From positions 247,706-311,705 of the forward strand of contig JAFZYY010000030.1 in NCBI GenBank assembly GCA_017616015.1: a stretch of 64,000 nucleotides of DNA, given 5' to 3'. The notes beneath the pieces were generated by a model. That model did no database searches. It saw only the letters and a list, made by a program, of their open reading frames with translations, and had not been told where the DNA came from. The DNA comes from Alphaproteobacteria bacterium (GTDB lineage Bacteria; Pseudomonadota; Alphaproteobacteria; CAAGCB01; CAG-977). Position 1 is the stretch's first letter; the number at the start of each line of letters is the position of its first letter. Position numbers and translations under genes: made by a program. Positions 28,443 through 36,161 of this stretch are shown here, in pieces.

Positions 28443-28741
28443 TTCCGGGTTCCCCTTTTACGAACTTTGGGCGTGACCTCTTCCCTGAAAAGAGTGTCCG
28501 GTTTCTGATCAGAGATAAACAGGTTTTCAAAATCGTCGAGCCGACCCAACGCATTTGCCAAACGCAACAACGAATCAAAGGCGATCAGTCCCGTCCTTTC
28601 AAACCGGCGCAAAGACGCGAGCGTAACATCGGAACGGTCGCAAAGCCCCTGCTGTGACAGGTTTTGCTCTAACCGCAACGCCTTGATTCTTTGTGCGGTT
28701 TCCATCTGTATTTCATGCGGTGTTTTTAGAATAAATGTCAT
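28439..28741 (-). CDS. hipB: HipB-like XRE-family HTH antitoxin
   Basis: HTH QRIKALRLEQNLSQQGLCDRSDVTLASLRRFERTG. Overlaps the hipA start by 4 nt. Start chosen at MTFILK; the track ORF extends to 28804. Confidence 0.65.
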   Translation of the reverse strand: MTFILKTPHEIQMETAQRIKALRLEQNLSQQGLCDRSDVTLASLRRFERTGLIAFDSLLRLANALGRLDDFENLFISDQKPDTLFREEVTPKVRKRGTRK

Positions 28742-28847
28742 TATATTATCTTTTATAAGAATTAAAATTATTTTTATGATAATATATAAACGATTATTTT
28801 TCAATAGACGGTTTTCTCGAACGCCACGGACATTCTTGCAACCGAAC

Positions 28848-30572
28848 TTATTCCCGATACAGGTGACTTAAATCCAACCCATCATACTTCAACTTGGTAT
28901 TCACCGTTTCGCGCAGGACTTTAAGACTGACTTCCCCATAATGTTCGGACAGGCTTGATCCACCCTCCCATCCTTGAATACGCGTTACAAACTCCGGATT
29001 GGCTTCATTATTCCGGAACTCGGTACGCACTGTATGACGGAAACTGTGGAAGACATGACCTTCTTCAAACTTATCCGCCTTGGCTTTGATCCCTTTGTTC
29101 ACGCTGTCCAAAAACCGACCGAACCACTTGGAAATGTCATCGGAATAATGTCCCCGCGCATTGACGCGCAGTTCGGGAAACAGCCTCTTTTCCTTGCGCT
29201 TTTCTTTCACATAGTCCAGAAAACCGATTTTTATCAACTCATCATGCAGAGGAACAAGGCGAATCCCCGCCTTTGTTTTGACGTGCTTTTCTCCTTCATC
29301 GTTAATGCTGATTACCCAAACACCGTCAATTTGTCGGACATCTTTCGGGGTCAGTTGACACAATTCGTTGCACCTCGCACCTGTGAAAATTCCCAGCAAC
29401 GGAACCCAAAAACGCGCGTGTCTAGGGTGTGCGTCACCTTTGATCGCATATCCCCGTTTGTCGTCCCGACACCCTGTATAAATCGGAGCGTTGAAGATAT
29501 AGTTCAGTTGCCTTGCCGAAAAAGGCAAACGTTTTATTTCGTCTTCTTCATTGGCGGCACACGGAACATCGACCGTATCATACGGATTCTCGGTCAGATA
29601 TTTATACTTAACCGCCCAACCGAAAAAGCGTTTGATGACAACGAAATAATCCCCCAATGTCTTTGATCCGATGCATTCCGTCGGGTGTTTCTTTCCCCAT
29701 TCTATGTCTTTCAATACGTTGTATGTATCAGGTTTGCTCCGCGCGCTGTTCTTTGTGATGAACGGTAACAGTTCGACGGCGCGTTGCAGGTCTTCCGTCG
29801 TTACGGAACGTACCGTTTTATCTTTGCCCAAGATTTCTTGCAAAATATGGATTTTCTTGCTGACGCGGTTTTTGGAATCGGCGGATTTGTTCTTACGGGA
29901 ATTCTGGTTGTTATACACCTCCACCAAAGCGTCCAGTGTCATATCAGGTTTTAACGGCGTTCTTACCAACATCGGAGAGGAAACATTCTCCGCAGTCAGT
30001 CCCGAAGGGACTCCCACCGTCAGACGTTGAGGAGGAACATCCGTCACTCCGAGAGCGCAATGATGCATAAAATCGCAAAACTGCATTTCAGCGCGCATAA
30101 ATGCTTCTTCTAAGACTCGTTTGGAAGATTCCGTAGGGAACGGGTAATTGTTCCGCAGTAAAAAGGACAGACACTTCCGTTCAATAATCCCATAATCCGC
30201 CACGGCATACTTCGAATGCATCTGCGCAAACCGTTCCATATACGGTTCCGGTAACAACGGTTTTCCCGCGCAGCTTTCCCGTTCCTCCGCAATTCGGGAC
30301 AGCAAATACTCGTACGCGAACGTTTCCGCCTGACTGCGGTCATAATCCAGAGTGTGTTCGTCCTTGTCGTATCCCATTCTTTTTGCCATTTTTCCTTTGA
30401 AGTTCAACCGTTCGTACAAGTCTGACATTACCACGATATAGCGTCGTTGCGCAATTTGCTTATTCTTGGTTCTGAGGGACACCCACAGCTGTCTTTTACC
30501 GACCAGACTGCGGAAAGCGGTCGGTACATTCAGTACCGCATAATACGATGATCCGCGATTATAAAGACTCAT
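28848..30572 (-). CDS. tyrosine-type site-specific integrase (long form, 574 aa)
   Basis: Box I GARCNELCQL, HSFRHTVRTEF (HxxR), SSLSEHYGEV (Y). Its start faces the att repeat at 30686. Confidence 0.85.
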   Translation of the reverse strand: MSLYNRGSSYYAVLNVPTAFRSLVGKRQLWVSLRTKNKQIAQRRYIVVMSDLYERLNFKGKMAKRMGYDKDEHTLDYDRSQAETFAYEYLLSRIAEERESCAGKPLLPEPYMERFAQMHSKYAVADYGIIERKCLSFLLRNNYPFPTESSKRVLEEAFMRAEMQFCDFMHHCALGVTDVPPQRLTVGVPSGLTAENVSSPMLVRTPLKPDMTLDALVEVYNNQNSRKNKSADSKNRVSKKIHILQEILGKDKTVRSVTTEDLQRAVELLPFITKNSARSKPDTYNVLKDIEWGKKHPTECIGSKTLGDYFVVIKRFFGWAVKYKYLTENPYDTVDVPCAANEEDEIKRLPFSARQLNYIFNAPIYTGCRDDKRGYAIKGDAHPRHARFWVPLLGIFTGARCNELCQLTPKDVRQIDGVWVISINDEGEKHVKTKAGIRLVPLHDELIKIGFLDYVKEKRKEKRLFPELRVNARGHYSDDISKWFGRFLDSVNKGIKAKADKFEEGHVFHSFRHTVRTEFRNNEANPEFVTRIQGWEGGSSLSEHYGEVSLKVLRETVNTKLKYDGLDLSHLYRE

Positions 30573-30599
30573 CGTTACCTGCGGGATTCAAAGGGTGTT

Positions 30600-30620
30600 T
30601 ATTAACAGGTCTATTAACAG
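30600..30620. promoter_or_regulatory. tandem direct repeat TATTAACAG-gtc-TATTAACAG upstream of the 28848-30572 integrase
   Basis: Two perfect 9-bp copies with a 3-bp spacer, 28 bp upstream of the integrase start. Confidence 0.4.
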
Positions 30621-30685
30621 TGCTAATAGATTCCACAATACAAAAAAGCCAAGTTCGTTTGTTTTCAACGACTTGGCTTGTTGAG

Positions 30686-30729
30686 TGGCTGGGGAACCTG
30701 GACTCGAACCAAGACTAACGGAGTCAGAG
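30686..30729. repeat. 44-bp direct repeat identical to the 3' part of tRNA-Gln (att site)
   Basis: tggctggggaacctggactcgaaccaagactaacggagtcagag is identical to 44050-44093. Flanking bases differ on both sides. Confidence 0.85.
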
Positions 30730-30856
30730 GGCATAATCTCTTGGTTGCACGATGATTGACCTGAATGGTTTGTTATTCGTTTTCTTATTTGAAATCAATA
30801 ACTTACTTCAAAGCTCCGTTCATTTTTCTTAATCTTCTTTTATGGCGATTTGTTTT

Positions 30857-30880
30857 GTCGGTTGACCGCGGGTTGACCGG
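30857..30880. promoter_or_regulatory. GGTTGACCG x2 direct repeats upstream of the P4-type integrase (candidate arm-type sites)
   Basis: gtcggttgaccgcgggttgaccgg. The same motif pair recurs at 43951-43976 at the other island end. Confidence 0.5.
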
Positions 30881-30893
30881 AAGGAGAAGAAAA

Positions 30894-32063
30894 ATGAAAG
30901 TGTTGTTTACTGAAAAATTCATCAGGGAACTGCGTCCGGAAGCCGGAAAAGAGCGTTTGGAAATAGCGGACGAAAGGTGCCCGTATCTGTATTGTCGGGT
31001 TTCGCCCCTCGGGGGAAAAACGTATGCCGTTATAAAAAAGGTTCAAGGAAAGACTGTTCGTGTCACTTTGGGAAAGACGAATGAAATCAGTTTGGATTTT
31101 GCGCGAAGACAGGCGTTCGACTGTTTGCAGAAAATCCGGCAGGGAATCAATCCGAATGAGGAAAAGCGCGCTTTGTCTTCTGAAATGACTTTGGGCGAAC
31201 TTTTTCAGGAATATGTTGAACGGTATGCCAAAGAGCAAACGTCATTAAAAACGCTTCGGGACAACATCAGTCTTTTCAAGCGGCGTTTTTCCCATTGGTC
31301 GGGGAAACGGATTTCGGAATTGCAAACGAAGCACATTGAAACGCTGATAATAAACTTGCGCGACAAGGACGGCATTTCCGCTTCCAACAAGGCTTTGACG
31401 CTGTTGCGTCATATGTATAACAAAGCCATTCAATGGGGATGGAACGGACGCAATCCGACAACCGGAATCGCCAAATATAAACTGGCTTCCAGAGAACGGT
31501 TCGTTTTGCCGGAGGAATTTAAAAAGCTTTTCGACGCCATTGACGGCGATCCCGATCCGGTTCACCGCACGTTCTTTTATGCTTTGCTCTATACGGGGCA
31601 AAGGTGCGGCAATGTTCTGGAAATGAGGTGGGAACATATCAATTTCACGAATGCGATTTGGTATATTCCCAGAACGAAAAACGGAACGTCGATGAGCGTT
31701 CCTCTGGTAAAACAACTCGTTTTTCTGTTGAAAAACCTGAAACGGGAAAGCGTGAAAAGCGATTGGGTGTTTCCGATGGGAGATGACGCAACCCGACATA
31801 TGGGCTATCCGCAAAAGGCGTGGAAGAGGTTGAAACAAACAGCGGGTATTGACAATTTACGGATGCACGATTTGCGCCGGACGGTTGCGAGTTATGAGTG
31901 TATGAACGGCGAAAATCTGTCCGTCGTTTCCAGAACGTTGAACCATAAAACGCTTCAGGCGACGCAAGTTTATGCGCGGGTGGACACGTCGGCGGTCGGT
32001 CGCGCATTGCAAAAAACGGTCAATCTGTTCGAACAAATCGCGAGTCAAAAAGAGGCTTTTTAA
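30894..32063 (+). CDS. int: P4-type tyrosine integrase
   Basis: ATG at 30894 preceded by AAGGAGAAG. N-terminal arm-binding-like region, then RCGNVLEMRWEHI (R), HDLRRT (HxxR), LNHKTLQATQVYARV (H...Y). The track ORF is extended upstream to a non-ATG start at 30765. Confidence 0.85.
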   Translation: MKVLFTEKFIRELRPEAGKERLEIADERCPYLYCRVSPLGGKTYAVIKKVQGKTVRVTLGKTNEISLDFARRQAFDCLQKIRQGINPNEEKRALSSEMTLGELFQEYVERYAKEQTSLKTLRDNISLFKRRFSHWSGKRISELQTKHIETLIINLRDKDGISASNKALTLLRHMYNKAIQWGWNGRNPTTGIAKYKLASRERFVLPEEFKKLFDAIDGDPDPVHRTFFYALLYTGQRCGNVLEMRWEHINFTNAIWYIPRTKNGTSMSVPLVKQLVFLLKNLKRESVKSDWVFPMGDDATRHMGYPQKAWKRLKQTAGIDNLRMHDLRRTVASYECMNGENLSVVSRTLNHKTLQATQVYARVDTSAVGRALQKTVNLFEQIASQKEAF

Positions 32064-32266
32064 GGCTCGATTCAAAGGGGATTTTTCTTTTGTGTCGTCG
32101 GACGAAAAGGCTATCCTGCAAAAAAATCCCCTCTGAAAAACTCTTGATAATTCAATACCCCGTTTTTTTTTGCAGGATAGCCTTTTAGTGCCACAAAAAC
32201 GGCAAAAAAATTTCTTGTTTGAGAATGTCGGCGTTATCTTTTATAAATAGGAAAAGAGGTGTTTTT

Positions 32267-33571
32267 ATGGTTGAAAACGAACGCACGGAATACAAAGAAA
32301 AACTGACCGCCGCTTTGGAAAAGGAAGCGGTGGCGTTCCTGAACGCGCACGGCGGAACGATCTATATCGGCATTGACAAGAACGGAAATACCGTCGGCGT
32401 CGAGAAGTGCGACAAGCTTCAACTGGAAATCAAAGACCGTCTGATAACGGGGATTCGTCCGTCCGTTATGGGCTTGTTCGACATCGCTTGCGAAAGTCTG
32501 GACGGGCGTGATGTAATCCGGATCACGCTTGCCGCGGGCAAAGAACAACCCTACTATATTCGCGCCAACGGTATGAGCGAACGGGGCTGTTTTATCCGCA
32601 TCGGCAGCTCCGCCCAACCGATGACGCAAGAGCAGATCGACTCAATTTACTACCGCAGAACGCATACGTCGTTGAGGAATATGCCGTCGCCGAATCAGCA
32701 CTTGGATTTCACGCAACTGCATATTTACTATGCGGGCAGAAAGCTGACTTTGAACGATTCTTTCGCGGACAATCTGCAACTGAAAACCGACGACGGGCGA
32801 TATAATATGACAGCGTATTTGTGCGCGGACGAAAACGGAATGCCGATTTTATTCGCCAAGTATGCCGGAACGGATCGGGACGTTTTAACGGAAAACAAGA
32901 ACTTCGGATATTGCTCTTTAATCAAAGCGACCGAACAAGTCTTGGACAAGTTTTCCGTTGAAAACAGGATTTACGCGCGCGTAACGGCGACCAAACGCGA
33001 AGAACGCCCGATGGTCGATCCGCAGGCGTTGAGGGAAGCGGTCATCAACGCGATTTTGCATAACGATTATTCATACAGCAACCCGCCGAAGTTCGAAATG
33101 TTTTCGGACAGGATAGAGATCACGTCAACGGGCGGCTTGCCGTGGGGTATGACAAAAGAAGACTTTTTCAACGGCAAATCGTGTCCGCGCAATCCCGAAT
33201 TGATGAGAATCTTTCAGGATATGGAACTGGTCGAGCGTCTGGGTTCGGGCGTGCGGCGTATTTTGAACGCTTATGCGCCGGACGTGTTCGAGATTTCGGA
33301 CACTTTCTTCCGGGTGACATTCCGGTATAAGCAGGCGTTTGATGAACCCGCCTCGAAAACTGCCCAAAAAACTAGGGAAAAAACTAGGGAAAAAACTAGG
33401 GAAAAAATCTTATCTCTGATTCAGGAAAACCCGTCTGTAACAGCGGTTGAACTGGCGGAAAAACTTGGATTGACAGCGAAAGGGATAGAATGGCAGCTGA
33501 AAAAGATGAAAGACGAGGGCGTCATTGAACGTGTCGGTTCGCTCAAAGGCGGCAAGTGGGTGGTAAAGTAA
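32267..33571 (+). CDS. AlbA_2 (Schlafen-like) + HATPase_c_4 + winged-HTH protein, often annotated as putative transcriptional regulator
   Basis: AVAFLNAHGGTIYIGID (AlbA_2); AVINAILHNDYSYSNPPKFEMFSDRIEITSTGG (HATPase_c_4); C-terminal wHTH. Likely start MVENERTEYKE. Confidence 0.7.
   Translation: MVENERTEYKEKLTAALEKEAVAFLNAHGGTIYIGIDKNGNTVGVEKCDKLQLEIKDRLITGIRPSVMGLFDIACESLDGRDVIRITLAAGKEQPYYIRANGMSERGCFIRIGSSAQPMTQEQIDSIYYRRTHTSLRNMPSPNQHLDFTQLHIYYAGRKLTLNDSFADNLQLKTDDGRYNMTAYLCADENGMPILFAKYAGTDRDVLTENKNFGYCSLIKATEQVLDKFSVENRIYARVTATKREERPMVDPQALREAVINAILHNDYSYSNPPKFEMFSDRIEITSTGGLPWGMTKEDFFNGKSCPRNPELMRIFQDMELVERLGSGVRRILNAYAPDVFEISDTFFRVTFRYKQAFDEPASKTAQKTREKTREKTREKILSLIQENPSVTAVELAEKLGLTAKGIEWQLKKMKDEGVIERVGSLKGGKWVVK
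33366..33401. repeat. 3 perfect copies of a 12-bp tandem repeat encoding (KTRE)n inside the 32267-33571 gene
   Basis: aaaaaactaggg x3, translating to KTREKTREKTRE in the linker before the wHTH. Confidence 0.9.
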
Positions 33572-33588
33572 AAAGTTTCTTTGTTCTT

Positions 33589-33915
33589 CTATAAAGCTTT
33601 TAAGACACGGACGGCGCGGGAAAGGCTTTCGCCGTTCATTGTGGCGATCAGAGTTGCCGCTTCATTTTTTAAGGCGGATTGTTCCGTGCGCAGATGAGCG
33701 TCAGTATCCATCAAATCGCCGTAGGTGCAACCTAAAACGGCAACGATTTTTTCCAAAACTTCCAACGAAACGCCGACACCGCATTCGATATTACTGATTG
33801 TTCTTGTGCCAACATCGCACAACTCCGCCAAGCGTTCCTGCGACATTTTGGGACGCTTTGCTTTTCTGAACGCTTTAACGCGATTTCCAATCGTTTTTTT
33901 TAGGTTTTCACTCAT
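33589..33915 (-). CDS. XRE-family HTH transcriptional regulator
   Basis: MSQERLAELCDVGTRTISNIECG helix-turn-helix. 108 aa. Confidence 0.75.
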   Translation of the reverse strand: MSENLKKTIGNRVKAFRKAKRPKMSQERLAELCDVGTRTISNIECGVGVSLEVLEKIVAVLGCTYGDLMDTDAHLRTEQSALKNEAATLIATMNGESLSRAVRVLKAL

Positions 33916-34029
33916 ATACGCAGTCTAATTTCTATAAAACATAAATTTAATGTAGATTTTCTGTTTGTTTAGAGTCAAAATCCGCAAAAAGTTGCGTATT
34001 TTTACCGATAAACAGGAAGTTTCGTTTCT

Positions 34030-34674
34030 ATGTCCGAATCAAAGCAAGTCATCAGCGCGGAGCGTGTCGCGGAATACGGCGAGGTTTTGACCGCCGAGCG
34101 CGAAGTCGAAGCGATGTTGGATCTGGTTTCGGCGGAGGCGGCGCGAATCGACAGTCGTTTTTTAGAACCCGCGTGCGGAAACGGGAATTTTCTGACCGCT
34201 ATTTTGCGGCGCAAGTTGGAAACGGTCGCACGGCTTTACAAAGTAAAGCCGTCTGAATATCAGGAACAATCGTTGTTTGCGTTGGCTTGTGTTTATGGAA
34301 TCGACATTCTGCCCGACAACGCGCAGGCGGCGCGCGACCGTTTGACGGAACAAATGCGCGACAAATACAAAACGCTGTATAAAACCGAACCGGCGGAAGC
34401 CTATTTGAAAGCGGCGCGTTATATTTTAAGCAAAAACATCGTTTGCGGCGACGCGTTGAACGGCGTTGAAAAAATCAGCTTTATTCAATGGTCGTTGATT
34501 GACGGGAATTTCAAGCGGGAAGAATACAAGTTCGGGCATTTAACGGCGTCCTGTGCGGATTTGCCGTTGTTCGGATTTGCGGATGGCGATCCCGAAAAGC
34601 CCGTTTATCAAGCAAAATCCGTCAAAACATATCCATTAATATCTGTTTTAAAAATAGGGGAATGCGATGATTGA
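34030..34674 (+). CDS. methyltransferase-like protein (SAM motif I present, no clear catalytic (D/N)PP(Y/F))
   Basis: FLEPACGNGNFL (motif I-like), preceded by LTAEREVEAML (motif X-like). No NPPY; a CGDALNG stretch sits in its place. Overlaps the next gene by 8 nt. Confidence 0.5.
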   Translation: MSESKQVISAERVAEYGEVLTAEREVEAMLDLVSAEAARIDSRFLEPACGNGNFLTAILRRKLETVARLYKVKPSEYQEQSLFALACVYGIDILPDNAQAARDRLTEQMRDKYKTLYKTEPAEAYLKAARYILSKNIVCGDALNGVEKISFIQWSLIDGNFKREEYKFGHLTASCADLPLFGFADGDPEKPVYQAKSVKTYPLISVLKIGECDD

Positions 34675-36157
34675 ACAACACGCGCCCGATATTTTGTCCT
34701 GTATCGCCAACCTGTCCAGCGATGAAGTCTTCACGCCGCCGAAAGTCGCAAACGACGTTCTTGACCTGTTGCCGCAGGAATTGTTTTCCGATTCGAAAAC
34801 AAAATTCCTTGACCCGTGTTGCAAAAGCGGCGTTTTCTTGCGTGAAATCGCTAAGCGTTTGTTGGTCGGATTGGAAAAGGAAATACCCGATTTACAAAAA
34901 CGGATAGACCATATTTTCCACAATCAGCTGTTCGGATTGGCGTTGACGGAATTGACGGGATTGATGAGCCGGCGTTCCGTTTATTGTTCCAAAGACGCAA
35001 GCGGGAAATACAGCGTTTCGTTGTTCAAAAACGGACAGGGACATATCCGTTACAAACGGTGCGAACACGATTTTTATAACGGAAAATGCCGTCAATGCGG
35101 CGCGTCGCAAAGTCAATACGACCGCGGCGAAGCGTTGGAAACGCACGCCTATTCTTTCATTCACACAGACAAGGTTTTTAACGATATGCAGTTTGATGTC
35201 ATTATCGGCAATCCGCCGTATCAGTTAAATGATGGTGGAAATGCCGCAAGTGCGAGTCCAATTTATCATTTGTTTGTTGAACAAGCTAAACGCTTAAATC
35301 CCCGTTATTTAACGATGATCATTCCGTCCCGTTGGTTTGCAGGTGGCAAAGGTTTAGATGATTTCAGAGATGAAATGTTGCACGATGAACGGATCAGAGT
35401 GATTTGTGATTTTCCGACGCCTTCAGATTGTTTCCCAGGTATAAGATTAGAAGGCGGCGTTTGTTATTTCCTGTGGAATAGGGATAATAAAGGATTATGT
35501 GAAGTATCAACATTTAAAGACGGGATAAAAATATCGTCTTTAGCTCGTCCTTTGCTAGAGAAAGGTTGCTCTACTTTTGTCAGATATAATGAAAGCATTT
35601 CTATTTTAAGAAAAATCCAAAATTTCAATGAAATAACGATGGATAAAATGGTTTCTTCAAGAAAACCCTTTGGACTTCCCACCAATTTCCCGAATATTTT
35701 TAAAGAACCCAAAAAAGGATATATAAAAATATATGGATATTTGAAGGAAGGATATGTTAATCCTGCTCATATAAAACAAAACAGAGAATGGGTAGATAAG
35801 ATAAAAGTTTATATTTCAAAGGCGTATGGCGAAGTTAATACAAAGAATTCTCTTTTTGTTTTAGGAAAACCATTTATTGGAGAAAAAGGAACTTGCTGCT
35901 TAGAAACGTATCTGGTTGCAGGACTGTTCGATAAAATATCCTCTGCGGAAAATTTATGTTCTTACATTAAAACGAAATTTTTCAGATTTTTGGTTTCTCT
36001 TAAAAAAAATACACAAGATGCTACAGCAAAGGTCTATTCCTTTGTTCCGGTGCAGGATTTTTCAAAGCCGTGGACGGACGAGGAACTGTATGAAAAATAC
36101 GGGTTGAGCGAGGAGGAAATCGCTTTCATCGACTCTATGATTCGTCCGATGGAGTAA
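34667..36157 (+). CDS. Eco57I/gamma-class N6-adenine DNA methyltransferase
   Basis: Motif X FTPPKVANDVLDLL, motif I DPCCKSGVFL, motif IV IIGNPPYQ. Has a CxxC...CxxC insertion (YKRCEHDFYNGKCRQCG). About 250 aa follow NPPY, presumably the target-recognition domain. Confidence 0.8.
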   Translation: MIEQHAPDILSCIANLSSDEVFTPPKVANDVLDLLPQELFSDSKTKFLDPCCKSGVFLREIAKRLLVGLEKEIPDLQKRIDHIFHNQLFGLALTELTGLMSRRSVYCSKDASGKYSVSLFKNGQGHIRYKRCEHDFYNGKCRQCGASQSQYDRGEALETHAYSFIHTDKVFNDMQFDVIIGNPPYQLNDGGNAASASPIYHLFVEQAKRLNPRYLTMIIPSRWFAGGKGLDDFRDEMLHDERIRVICDFPTPSDCFPGIRLEGGVCYFLWNRDNKGLCEVSTFKDGIKISSLARPLLEKGCSTFVRYNESISILRKIQNFNEITMDKMVSSRKPFGLPTNFPNIFKEPKKGYIKIYGYLKEGYVNPAHIKQNREWVDKIKVYISKAYGEVNTKNSLFVLGKPFIGEKGTCCLETYLVAGLFDKISSAENLCSYIKTKFFRFLVSLKKNTQDATAKVYSFVPVQDFSKPWTDEELYEKYGLSEEEIAFIDSMIRPME

Positions 36158-36161
36158 ATCT

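Noticed and set aside
28974-30030. + strand ORFs (230 aa, 119 aa) inside the long integrase. Also minus-strand ORFs 30840-31238 and 31245-31838 inside the P4 integrase.
   Set aside because: Shadow ORFs of integrase genes that carry the full R-HxxR-Y catalytic signature.
33366-33401. Considered whether the 12-bp x3 repeat or any other region forms a CRISPR array
   Set aside because: Repeat units are contiguous with no spacers and lie in-frame inside a gene. No repeat-spacer architecture was seen anywhere in the window.
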